Shown one piece after another: positions 30,031 to 41,400 of a stretch of DNA of 64,000 bases. The position numbers and the translations under genes were made by a program. Below the pieces are notes generated by a model. That model was not told the DNA's origin. It saw nothing but the letters and a program-made list of their open reading frames with translations, and made no database searches. Numbering within the stretch: the first letter of the stretch is position 1; each line of letters begins with the position of its first letter. The stretch comes from an uncultured virus (IMG/VR IMGVR_UViG_3300027751_000012) (taxonomy: Duplodnaviria; Heunggongvirae; Uroviricota; Caudoviricetes), in the IMG/VR virus record IMGVR_UViG_3300027751_000012. One strand, given 5' to 3'.

Positions 30031-30504
30031 CTAGTATATTGTATCATTAATAATCTGGCCTGAGCTTAGTATCTGAAGTTCAACTTGCTCATCTTCTGCC
30101 AATCCAACCAACTCAATCACAATAGAGTTTTCTGAGTTCATATAGACATAAAGTCCACCTAGGCCATTGCCCTCATTGGGAAGGTAGTCCTCTAGCTTGA
30201 TAGAGAAATTGTTAAAAAATGCCCGTGATGAATTCTGTACTGGAATTATTGTCTGGGGTCCATACTTGACAGCAAGTTGTGCGAGATTCTTAATTGGCTG
30301 ATAAGCAACTGTTTGGCCGTTAATTGTATCGTGTCTAGATATGGTTATGATCTCTTGAGCAGACAACTGCTCTAGGGCAATGTTAAAGATACCCTCATCT
30401 ATCTCTATTGACTGGTCATCCAGAATAATGTCTGGGGTGGCTTCCTTCACAGATGAAGAAGATGAAGAGCTAGACTCTGGAAGGTTTGCTTCAGCTGAAA
30501 CCAT
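30031..30504 (-). CDS. putative tail protein
   Basis: 157-aa ORF in the tail module. Confidence 0.55.
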   Translation of the reverse strand: MVSAEANLPESSSSSSSSVKEATPDIILDDQSIEIDEGIFNIALEQLSAQEIITISRHDTINGQTVAYQPIKNLAQLAVKYGPQTIIPVQNSSRAFFNNFSIKLEDYLPNEGNGLGGLYVYMNSENSIVIELVGLAEDEQVELQILSSGQIINDTIY

Positions 30505-30505
30505 A

Positions 30506-33500
30506 TTATGACACCTCGCTTACATACAACGTCATTTCTGGACCAGAAGACATTCTGGAATATTCTATATTATATACTACAAAACGCTTAGTGGAATCAA
30601 TCGCAAGGTCCTTTCCCGAGTCTGACTTGTATTCAATCTTTACGATGTCTCCAAGCTGGATCATGGAATTAGGAAAGACCTTTATTCCAAGGGAAGCTCT
30701 AGGCTTCATTATTTTTGACACAATCCATTCCATCATGTCAGAGGCTGCGTCCTGGCTTTGGATGTAGGATGCATCTAAGACAAACTCATTCTTACCATAC
30801 TTAATCCGACTATTCTTAATTCTGTTGTATTCTTCTCTAGAGACAATTGGAGAAATGCTCTCTGGATCATTGGATACTGCCGAATCATAAAATGATCCTC
30901 TATTGGAAAAATGTGAGTCCACGGTTAACTCATTAGATGACTTTTGGGTGAATGCAATTCCCTGAATCTTAAGATAGTTTCCGCTATTTTCGCTTAGGTC
31001 TATGGTAGAGTCAGTTGCGTTAAATACCATGAACTCTGCTCCATATGCCCCTGCCATAAAGCCAGAGACGGTATATGTCTTAATCCTATTAAATGTTGGT
31101 GCTAGTCTTGCATATAGTGCTGGATATGCCTTTTCATATCTCACATTAAAGTAAGCAGCCTCTCTCATAATTGTTCCAAACTCATCAAAGTATAGGTTGT
31201 ACTTAGGATCTTCTGCTGGACTTATACCAGACAGCACTGTAGATTGCACGATGCCGCTCATTGAGTACTTTCTGAATGACTCGCTGAGGCTTATCTCTCC
31301 TGAGCTAAAAGCTGTGCTCGTTGGCAGATCAACTGCTAAAGATGGGTTTTGAGAATAGTTTGATCCGATAGCATATATATTTTCAAACATTGCACGAGAT
31401 GCTCCACGTATAAATAGTGCCATGTTATTGTATACTGGCAGTGGACTTAGATCATTTACAGTTCTGATAAGCTTATTATTTAGATAAAGGTAAAAGGTTC
31501 TTGTCGTGCCGATATCTTCATACTCTACCGCTAGATCATATACGCTAGGATTTTCCTCTGCCACCATTCTATACTGACCTACGAAGTCACCGCTATCTAC
31601 CGTTATCTTTGTGATTCCTCCCCAAAGCATTACTGGCACTGCCTCGCCTGTGGTGGCATCTTTCATAATTTTGTAGAATACAATATTAAACATTGAGTCT
31701 TTATTTTCAATACTCTTTGTGTCGACAGTGTCTAGTGCTATAATTTCGTAGTAGTATCCATTGTTAGTTTCTGGATTGATCAGGCATGCGAGGCCTGCAC
31801 TACCGCCGCTAACTCCATTGTAATATGGTGTGCTTCCATAAGGCGTCTGAAAGTTTATCTCATTGTTCTGACTCTTGCCAACAATCCTAAGCCTAGTCCC
31901 AAAATGTTTGAAGTTATCAGACAGTGGCTTGTGAACATAGGAGATATAATTAAGTGGGTCTTGCGTACTGGCAAAGTTTCCACCAGTCATTACTAGTGCT
32001 GATGCTTGGACAGTTCCTGTCTGTGTTGACAGTAGCCTATCAACATTTACATCTTTTGGAAAGTTAGATGCTAGATAATTCTTTATAATTCCATTCCTAG
32101 AGCTTGCAACACCGACAGCTCTATCGGTTCCAGCTGCTCCGCTTTCTAGTGTTACGCCACGTAGGCCTGCAGTTATATTGCTAGAATCCTCAATGCCGAA
32201 TATGAGATTGGCACGCATCTTACAGCCTTTAACATTAGCGTTGTCATGCCAATATGAATCTAGTCCTGCAGAGTGTTCTGTAATCTGTGTACCAAATTGG
32301 GCTCTTCCATTTCTAGCTATTGAACCTGGCTTAAGCCTTGTCACTCCATCGACGACTTCGTACTCTGGCTCTGTAAATATTCTAACCAAACCAGTAGGGT
32401 ACATCTTTCCGTTAAATGGAATCTTTGCAAAATACTTTTGGTAATCTTTTACACTTGTAATCCAAACATTCCCATCGGTTGACTCTATTTCCGACAGTCC
32501 TGGCACGCTATACTGAACAGCGTCAAACTTAATAATTTCTCCATTTGCATACAGGTAACCGCTATACCTAGCCATGAAGTTGACTGCTTCGCCAATGTCA
32601 ATTGTGTTATTGATTACTGCACCATTGTATACTGATGGCTCTGAGGATGGGATGTCCGAATTGATTGGGTATGCCCCTAGCGTATAAGACTCTTGCGTTC
32701 CAAGTGTTTCATTCTGTGAAGTTACACTGCTTTCTGGGGCTACCTCCCAAAGCTCTGATGCCTTGTATACCCAGTTAATGTCCCTTTGTAACTTGTCTGC
32801 AGATCCAATGTTCTTGTAGTTTTTCTGAATATACCTTGGAGTATACCTAACAATTCCATCATTGTATACACGGTTTTCTTTAGAGGCAATCTCTATAATG
32901 TTTGCCTTAGATAATCCGTTTGACAGGTTCTTGTAAGCACCTGCAGCCTGAGAGTCTCGGCTGCCTAGCAGCGTTATGTCTGTAGACCGATCGCCCTCAC
33001 TTGCCATTAGATACTCTTTTGTCATCACTACAAAGTTATTATATTCGTCAAAGAACATGGCACTTTGTGTTGAAACCGCCAGGCTTTCTAGGACCTCGGC
33101 TAGGGTCTGATTTGAATCTACAAAGAAATATGGAATGATAGGCTCTGCTTGACCATCAAGCATTTTAATTGTGTAGTTTGAAAAACCAACATAGTCCAAG
33201 ATTGTAGATATTGCATAGCTTAGAGAGGTATCTGGTATCATTAGCTCTGGTGCTGAAATTGACTCTAGGTGAAAGAATAGATCTCTTAAAACTAGGTCTG
33301 TAGACCTTGTCTGCACATTTGTCTCTGCCATGCCATCTACGTAAAATGTTTTTAGTGGAACGTGGTACTTGTACCCATCCAAATTCTTAATAATATCATA
33401 TAGCTTTATCTGTAAGTTTTGTGATATAAAGCTTTGAATTATGCTGTCTGAATTTACCGAGCTAAATGCTAGTTCAGTATCAAACAGCTCTAGGCTACCC

Positions 33501-34834
33501 GTAGATGCTAGAAGCTGACCTACTGGCAATCCAGTGACCCCTAGATCTGAAGCAGTTTTATTTACTGTAAAAGACTTTGTCATATCTGTCAAGTCTGCCA
33601 CTAGTCTTGGAGACATCTCAATTAGATCAAAGGTTGCATCCGACTTATTCATAGTATCTACCAGGATTCTTATTCCAGATATTTCTTGGAATTCTGTATA
33701 ACCAGAACGTCCGCTTACTGGGTCAGTGTATTCTGGTGGAGATACCAAAGTGTTAACAAAATTTGACACATTATTAGCTGACTCATCTTCTACCAGGCTC
33801 CAGCCAAAAGTTGGAGAAAATGACTCGAAGGAGCCTGACGAATCTTGCCATATATAAAATGTTCCAGTGACGTCAGTTGGTCTTTTAACTAGATAAGACT
33901 GACCATCTGCAGCTGTTTCTGGCAACACTTTTTCAGAAAAGATTTCTCCAACAAGGAAAAACGAATTCTTATATTTTTCTGGAATGATTACGCCATATTG
34001 TAGCTCAACATAGCCGTCTGATTTAATTATTCTTGAGCCATCTGTTCTGGTTGAGCTTTCACTAAACGATATGGCATCTATCCAAATATCATTATCTAGG
34101 TATTGTACTGACCACTTAGAGGGTACTGTCATGTTCTGGTCACCGTAGAAAGGGTCTGAGAAGGCCCCTGAGCCGCTGTAGAAGGGTCCTAGGTCTGATC
34201 CTCCAACATTGGTTTGCATTTTTACTACAAGCCTGTTTGCAGGAATTGGATTTTTATACACAACAAATGGTGCTGCATCGTCTATGTAATATGAACCGTT
34301 TATTAACTGATTTCCAATACCACGTTCGACGTTATCATCTATGCGATAGGATGTCCAATATTTAAACTTGTCGTCCCTGTGCCCCATATAATATCTTGGC
34401 CGAGTTGCCATACTGCTATTAGCAAAGTGAATAAAGTTATTGTTAAAATATCTAATCTTATTGATACCTGAACGTGGCCTAAATCTTCCCAAGCAGTCTT
34501 CGAGAGAATAGAGCATCTGCTCCTTCTGCCTTCTAGACTTAAAGGTTGTGGGTGTATCGTCATCATCGAATCCGCCATCAATGACTATGTCTGAATAAGT
34601 TGCATCAGTATAGTAATTCCCTACGTCATCGCTATCAAAAGTATTGTTGGCTACGGCATAGATAGACTGTGCAGATGCTGGCAGGGAAGCTCTTTCCGAG
34701 GGCCTATATCTATAGTTACCAACCTGCAGGATGTTGTCTGCAATATTCATGTTCCATTCTGCAGACACAAGACTATCACTGCTTACAGTTGATGATGTTG
34801 TTAGGTAGGACTCAAGATCTGTATTTTGAAACAT
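30506..34834 (-). CDS. large minor tail/tail-tip (hub) protein
   Basis: 1442 aa, second gene after the tape measure; C-terminal IQLGDIVKI OB-fold-like motif. Confidence 0.7.
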   Translation of the reverse strand: MFQNTDLESYLTTSSTVSSDSLVSAEWNMNIADNILQVGNYRYRPSERASLPASAQSIYAVANNTFDSDDVGNYYTDATYSDIVIDGGFDDDDTPTTFKSRRQKEQMLYSLEDCLGRFRPRSGINKIRYFNNNFIHFANSSMATRPRYYMGHRDDKFKYWTSYRIDDNVERGIGNQLINGSYYIDDAAPFVVYKNPIPANRLVVKMQTNVGGSDLGPFYSGSGAFSDPFYGDQNMTVPSKWSVQYLDNDIWIDAISFSESSTRTDGSRIIKSDGYVELQYGVIIPEKYKNSFFLVGEIFSEKVLPETAADGQSYLVKRPTDVTGTFYIWQDSSGSFESFSPTFGWSLVEDESANNVSNFVNTLVSPPEYTDPVSGRSGYTEFQEISGIRILVDTMNKSDATFDLIEMSPRLVADLTDMTKSFTVNKTASDLGVTGLPVGQLLASTGSLELFDTELAFSSVNSDSIIQSFISQNLQIKLYDIIKNLDGYKYHVPLKTFYVDGMAETNVQTRSTDLVLRDLFFHLESISAPELMIPDTSLSYAISTILDYVGFSNYTIKMLDGQAEPIIPYFFVDSNQTLAEVLESLAVSTQSAMFFDEYNNFVVMTKEYLMASEGDRSTDITLLGSRDSQAAGAYKNLSNGLSKANIIEIASKENRVYNDGIVRYTPRYIQKNYKNIGSADKLQRDINWVYKASELWEVAPESSVTSQNETLGTQESYTLGAYPINSDIPSSEPSVYNGAVINNTIDIGEAVNFMARYSGYLYANGEIIKFDAVQYSVPGLSEIESTDGNVWITSVKDYQKYFAKIPFNGKMYPTGLVRIFTEPEYEVVDGVTRLKPGSIARNGRAQFGTQITEHSAGLDSYWHDNANVKGCKMRANLIFGIEDSSNITAGLRGVTLESGAAGTDRAVGVASSRNGIIKNYLASNFPKDVNVDRLLSTQTGTVQASALVMTGGNFASTQDPLNYISYVHKPLSDNFKHFGTRLRIVGKSQNNEINFQTPYGSTPYYNGVSGGSAGLACLINPETNNGYYYEIIALDTVDTKSIENKDSMFNIVFYKIMKDATTGEAVPVMLWGGITKITVDSGDFVGQYRMVAEENPSVYDLAVEYEDIGTTRTFYLYLNNKLIRTVNDLSPLPVYNNMALFIRGASRAMFENIYAIGSNYSQNPSLAVDLPTSTAFSSGEISLSESFRKYSMSGIVQSTVLSGISPAEDPKYNLYFDEFGTIMREAAYFNVRYEKAYPALYARLAPTFNRIKTYTVSGFMAGAYGAEFMVFNATDSTIDLSENSGNYLKIQGIAFTQKSSNELTVDSHFSNRGSFYDSAVSNDPESISPIVSREEYNRIKNSRIKYGKNEFVLDASYIQSQDAASDMMEWIVSKIMKPRASLGIKVFPNSMIQLGDIVKIEYKSDSGKDLAIDSTKRFVVYNIEYSRMSSGPEMTLYVSEVS

Positions 34835-35494
34835 TTAGACCTCTTCAAGTCTCATGCTTATGTTCCAGAAGTCATAGGTGCCGTTTCCACGCTTTACCAC
34901 GCTATAGTCAAAGCTAGAGATGAACATCTCTACTACCTGACTATATCTTCCTAGCTGATTATACGCAGCTGGAATTGATCCATAGCTCTTGTAATTATCG
35001 TAAGATATAAACACCCAGAATGGATCAGTGTGCTTATTATACCAGTCCATTAGTTCTACGCCACCTGCACCGTTGTCGGCTGTGTACTCTTCAGTTTTTG
35101 AGTATGGGGCTATCCCAAGGGTGTCAAAGTCTGGTCTGCCAGGAAAGGATCTAGATGGAAGCATGTCCCAAGAAACTGATAGCTCCAGCTTGTCTGCAAT
35201 ATGGTAAGAACGCATTCTGCCGTTTACCATTCTTTCACGGCTTTCAATTCTATTAGTTGAGAAATCCAACCCACTTCTATTGTGATCGGATAAAATTACA
35301 AACTGGTCGGCTAGGGACAGGTCTTCTCCCTCTGGCAATAAGGCTCCTACCTCATATCCTTCTGGAGCATATAGGACTTGCTCATTTTCAGTACCCTGGT
35401 CTACAAAATCAATTGTTCCAGGATTTTCGGAGAATAGCAGTGCTTGAGGGCGTGAGTATTTTTGCCTTTGGCTCATGTATAGTGCTGTTGCCAT
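34835..35494 (-). CDS. putative distal tail (Dit-like) protein
   Basis: Immediately after the tape measure; ERMVNGRMRS...SWDMLP...WNISMRLEEV. Confidence 0.6.
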   Translation of the reverse strand: MATALYMSQRQKYSRPQALLFSENPGTIDFVDQGTENEQVLYAPEGYEVGALLPEGEDLSLADQFVILSDHNRSGLDFSTNRIESRERMVNGRMRSYHIADKLELSVSWDMLPSRSFPGRPDFDTLGIAPYSKTEEYTADNGAGGVELMDWYNKHTDPFWVFISYDNYKSYGSIPAAYNQLGRYSQVVEMFISSFDYSVVKRGNGTYDFWNISMRLEEV

Positions 35495-38400
35495 TAGAAC
35501 CTATTACTCCTTAGTCTTTGTGAGTCAACTTGCTTAATCTGATTCATGACTGCCCTGGCAATTTGATCTGGGTTAGAGTCTGACTTAACGTTGACATTTA
35601 CTTCATAACTATTATACATGGTTCCACCTAGGTTTGCACCACTATTAATTGCTTTGAGGTTATCTGCTCCAAACTTATCTACAGCATATTTTCTCACAAC
35701 AAACTCTCCAGGGGTCAGCATTGCTGGGACTGTGTCTGTTCCCCGAGCATACCCACCTGCTGCAAAGTATTTTGGAACCATTCCACCAGTGGAGCGGTAC
35801 ATTACACTTCCTCCGCCGCCGCCAGATGTAGTGGTTGTTGTCTTCTTTACCGATGTCCACTGTCCCTTGGCTGTGTCAAACTTCCAGTAGGTATTGAGAG
35901 GAGTGTAGCTTGGCTTTGGTGGTATAGTTGCTGCAGTCCATTTGTTATTCTTAAGCTTCCAGTATTTACCAGTACCTGGATTATATGGAGGCATTGGGCC
36001 TGGATCCTTGGATGAAGTTGGGTCAGGGTCTGTAGACGAACCAGAGGAGCTGCTGGATCCAGAAGTGCTAGAAGATCCAGAATCTGTAGCTGTTGGATTT
36101 TGGGAAACTGGGTTAAAGTCTTCTGGCAACTTTGCAGTAAATGTTGCTGGGTCATTATAAAGTGCTTTAAGCTTCTCAATGTTGCTAATTGCTGCCAAAA
36201 TCGATGTAGAATATCCCTCTGACTCTACCTTGGCAAGTCTGATTCCATTCTCTACTAGAGCCCACTCGGCCTTGGTCTTGTTCAAGTATCCATCGTTACC
36301 AATAGCTTCTAGGTTTACATCTCTGAGTCGTTCTGCATCCTTGAGTAGCTTCTGGTTTGGTTCCAGTCTTTCTTCTTCAATAACTGCGATCTTCTCTGTA
36401 ATATCTTTAATCTCGTTTTCAATATCAAGCCTGGTTCTGTTGTTTGAAGAGGTAACGGATGTTAGCTCCTTCTGACGAGATGCCTCAAGAATCGCTTCCG
36501 ACTTCTTTCTTTGCTGCTCTGCCTGCTGCCTTCTTTGCTCCTGAATTGCCCTGGCTGCAGCTGCAATGTCACCAGATGCCAAAGCAGAGGCAATATCTAG
36601 CTTACCCTTTTCTTGGCTTGCTAGGTCTGCATTGATCTCGTATACCTTATTAAGTGCTTCAACTCTTTCGTCATATTTCTTGTTGATAGCATCTTCTTGC
36701 TTAGCTATGCCGTCCAGCTCGTAGTTCAAATCGTCGAGTAGGTACTGGTAGTCCTCTATCTCCTGAGCAGCTTTTGTGATTAAACCATCTGTAGCATTCG
36801 TCAGGTATGAGGTGTCTGACTGGAAAGCTAGGTTGACAGCCTCTTCCTGGGCTGCAAAGAATTCTTTGATAGATGCAAATGCTTTTGAAAGACCTTGCTC
36901 AATTCCCTCTGGTGTTGTGTTTGCCCACTTCTCTTGTGCCTCTTGCAATTTTTGGAATCTAAAGATTAGCTCGTCTACCTCTTCTGTGGTAGCAGCTGTG
37001 GCTATAGCATAGGCAAGGTTTGCATCGCTAGCAATTTCATAAGAATCATTAAGGGATAGGCCTCTGGATGTTAGGGTGGTTACAGCCTGAATCTGCTTAT
37101 TGATATCTGACACACCCTGAACAAGTGATAGCTGGTAGTCTCCAAGTGCTGCCTCTGAGAAGGCCCTGCTCATTGCTTTACCTGCTGCAGTTACCTTGAC
37201 AACTCCATTTTCAATTGAAACAAACTTAGATCTAGTCTCTTCGTCTAGTCCAGAGATGTATGAAGAGAACTCTTTTCCGTACCCAGCAAATGTAAGCTGT
37301 TGGCTTATTCCCTTAAATAGTGTTAGCTCTTTCCCCTTGCCAAGAACTCTCATAAGCTCTGCGACGCCACCTGCAGCGTTTATAGCAGCATTCCTAACTT
37401 GCTTTAGCCTAGTTAAGATGTTTGCGAATGGGTCACTCTTTGATCCAGTGCCTGTGTCCGTAGGCTCCGTCTCCTCACCAGTAACAATGTTGGTAGTTGC
37501 TGCTTCCGTTATCTTCTGAGCATCTCGTGCCATCATATCTAGAATGCCCTGCGTTCTCTGGGCTGCAGTATATCTACCAGTAGTAATAGCACGATCAGCT
37601 CCTGGAGAATAGCTCAGTGATGAGCCGCCTGGCTTTATCCCCTTAGATGCTAGGAATGAGTCTACATCTGAATTAGAATAGGTTCCTTCTACAGTAAGCA
37701 TGGTCTGTATGTATAGGAATCTCTGTACTGGGTCTAGTGTTTTGAAGTATTCTGCATCTTGTTTTAGGGCAGCCAGTCCATCTGACCCTAGAATATCTGT
37801 GTTAATAATTACGTCATACTCTAGCTTGTTTCCATCAGCTAGGTCATTAAGCTCTGTTAGCTTGCCTAGCAATGCCTCTAATTTCTTTGGATCCTTCATA
37901 TAGGCGTCAAAGATTAGTTTTCCGTCCTTGCCGATGGCACCCTCATATGCAGTAACCATATCTAGAAGATTGAGAACCCTATTGAATTCTTCTGTTGATT
38001 GAGAATCCATCATTAGCAAGAAGTCTGATTTCTTTTGTGCAGCATTTGCATCTCCAGTAAACATAGACAAAATATTTGCCATCTGCTGACCAGTTCCTGC
38101 ACCATACTTGATCATCATGTCTGCTACTAGCTCAATCTCTGTAGACTTAAGATCACCCTCAAGGATGGCCTTGGCGGCATCAATGCTTAGAGTATCACTA
38201 GCCAGGGCTGCATTAAATACTAGCTTTGTTTCACTACTGAGAACAAGGCTGTTTGACAGAGTCTCTATTAGCTTCTTTGCTTCTTCGTTTCCGTCAAAGA
38301 AGGCTTTTGCTAGCTCTTCTGATTGATTTACGACTGCTTCGATTGATCGATACTGTGTCATAAGACCAGCATCTACAGCGTAACCAGACTTTAGAGCTTT

Positions 38401-41400
38401 ATCATATCTCTCTTCAATTTCTGTAATCCTTCCAAAAAGCTGGTTGCTCATCTGTTCATTAGAAGCGATTAGCTTTGCCCTTGCCTCCTCATACTCTTTC
38501 TGCTTTGAAAGTGCACCAGTAAGATCTCCGCTATCCTTCAGTGCTTGAATTTGCTTTAAGTACCTTGCGTCAAGTGTGTCTAGGCCTAGTGCGATTTGCT
38601 GAACTACACCATTAATTTCTCCAGCTACCTGACCCTCCAGGTTTCCAAGCTTCTTCCAGTCTACGTTACCAATAATTCCAGTAAGCCAGTTCCTCTCTGC
38701 TCCGCCACCTTCTGAGAATAGCTGCGTTAGGCTACCAGTTGGGCCAATGACTGAGTTGAGAGACCTTTCATTTAGTCTTACCTGAATTTCTAGGCCCTGG
38801 GTCAGGATATTTTCTCCGTCTGGTCCTAGTAGCTCGTTAAGCTGGCCGTTCACACTAAGTGCAAAGGTGCTATCTCCGAGCTGGTTTCCCAAAGCATAAA
38901 CAATATTAGATGCCTGCTCCTTGGTCAGAATATTGCTGGCGACGGCCTGACCTAGCTGAGTTACTACCCTAGATACTGTAGGAGACTTTCCAAGCTTTAG
39001 CATGCCCTCTTCTACGCTTGTTACAAGTTCTTTCCCAGGGTCAGAGGCTAGATAGTTCTCTCCAAACTCTGTCTTTCCAGTCTTGACATTAATATCTCCA
39101 AACTGTGATGTTCTAGTTCTGGCCATTAGCTCTGTAGGGTTTACCGTGCCAGCAAACTTCGAGAAGTCATCCATGGCACCAGCACCTGCAGCCAACGAGT
39201 CAGCAAGCTTTCTTCCTGCTTCTGAGGCTTTTTTCTGACCCTCATGTAGCTTAAATAGTGTGAATCCCAGAAGTCCAATTGCACCAACGGCAATAGCAAT
39301 CGGTGCTGGCAAAGCTAGTAGAGCAGGAACAATTGCTGATAGGGCTGGGAGAATCTGCATAGCCTTGCCTGCAATCTCTCCTATTGGGCCACCTACCTGA
39401 GTAGCCATGCCAGCGACCATGGTTGCAGTTCCCAAAATACCGAATGCTTTTCCTGCCCTGCCAGATCTCTTTTGTGCAGCAGCTTGTTTAGCTATCTTCT
39501 TGTCTTCTGCTGACAGGGCCTTATTGCGTGCTTTACCGTAGGCCTTACCGTCGTCGGCACCGTCTTTGGGTGCTAATCGGTGAGGGCTCTTTCTATCCCT
39601 TGTTTCTACGTAGCTGTCTTTTTCCTTCTTTAGGACTTGCTTCCTTGCCTTAGCAAATGCCTTTCCATTTGCAGTGCCCTCTGCTTTACCTTGCTTTTCT
39701 GCTTCTTTAATCCTTGCTTTTGCAAGAGCAATAACTGCCTTGTCTGCCTTCTTGTGCTCTGCAAGCCTTGCCTCTGAGGATTTCTTATCTCTTCTATCTA
39801 TGTAGTTAGGTCCGCCCTCAATCTTTCTGCCATCTCCAATATCTAGGGCCACATCCTTTGCTAGACCAAACCTCTTTTCTCCCTTTCCACCACCGAGAGT
39901 ACGGAATGTCTTTTTACGATCTTGCAGCACTCTCTTTTCAGCACTGTCTTCCATCTTATCGATGGCCTTGTTTACCGCTGGTGTAAGGTCCATATCGCTA
40001 AAGGCTGCACTTGCATCTGCTGCTAGCTCGTCAGCAACATTTTGTCCAAATTGCTTGAAGGCTGGGGAGTTTGGATCTAAGCCTGCTGCTTGAGCAGCAT
40101 CTGCTGCCAGCCCTGCTGGGTTTTCTCTAATGATGTCTGCGGCCTGTCCCTTTGAAAGAATTCCACCCTTGGCGTTTAGGATTGCTGGTGTTGGGAAAAC
40201 CTCTTCGCTATAAGCGTTAAGTCCCTTACCCATATTAAGAACTCTATCCCTATTTGTTCCTGGAGACATCTGGGCAGCTAGCTTCTGACGCTGCTCATTG
40301 CTTAGTGGAACTGGGGTGCCTGCGTGGGAAAGGGTCACGCCCTCATTGCCCATCACTAGTCTATCTTTTTCAAGAGCCTCTCTTACACCAACCGTTCTAT
40401 TTCCTGCAAGGCCTAGTCCGCCGCCCATCTGCTTCTCTTCTTGTGCACGAAGAGACTCGCTTGTAATCTTCTTATTTTTTGACTCTGCTTCGGTCTGTTT
40501 TGCTAACGCAACGACTACCTGCTCTGCCTCTTCAGCACTTAGACCCAGAAGCTTTGCGGCCTCAATTAATTTATCTATTGTCCTTGCAAGCTCTGCTGCT
40601 GCTTTTGGCGAAGAGGACGAGAACTCTGCTCCGCCTACAGCTAAAGTAGCCCCCTTAACCTGAACGTTAGACCTTTCAAATCCTGGGATATTGTCAGCAA
40701 TCATGCCAGAGATTAGAGAGCTGTACTTCTGTACCTTGTCTGCTGGAATAACTGCTTCTCCTGGAGAAAGCATGGCAGGGACAATGTCTCCAGCACCCTT
40801 TGGACCTGGCACTGATACAATTCCGCTAGCAAGCTTCAGGCCGCCCTTTCCGTTTGGTGCCTTGCCTACCCTGGTTCCAGATGCAACATTAAATCTATTT
40901 ATGGCAGTTGTTGCCTGCTCATATGCTACTCTGAGGTTGGATATGGCACCCTGCTCAGAAGTAAAGATATTTATTAGGTTACTGTGTACTGCACCCAATG
41001 AGTTTGCAGAGGTTGCTGCCTCTAAGTGTTCTTGGGTCATGTATCCCATGGAGGCTGATAGCCCTGTACCAGCCTGAGAAACACCAATAAACAAGGATCT
41101 TACAACGCCAAATCCCTTTATGATATTGGCAACACCGTTGGCCAATAGACCAAATACCATTAGGGCAACTGGTGCAAGAAGTCCTAGAGTAGCTATAGTT
41201 CCAGTAATAAATGATTTGACTCCACTACTTAGATTATTAAACTTATCTAAAAGGTCTGTTGCAAACTTTACGATTGGAGTAATAAGCTCGGCAAACTGTT
41301 GTCCAATTGGAGCTAGTGCTTTTTGCAAGTCCTCGATTGACTTCTGGAACTTGTAGAGTGGAGAATCTTCTACTCTCTGAAGCTCTCTCTCGCTCAGGAT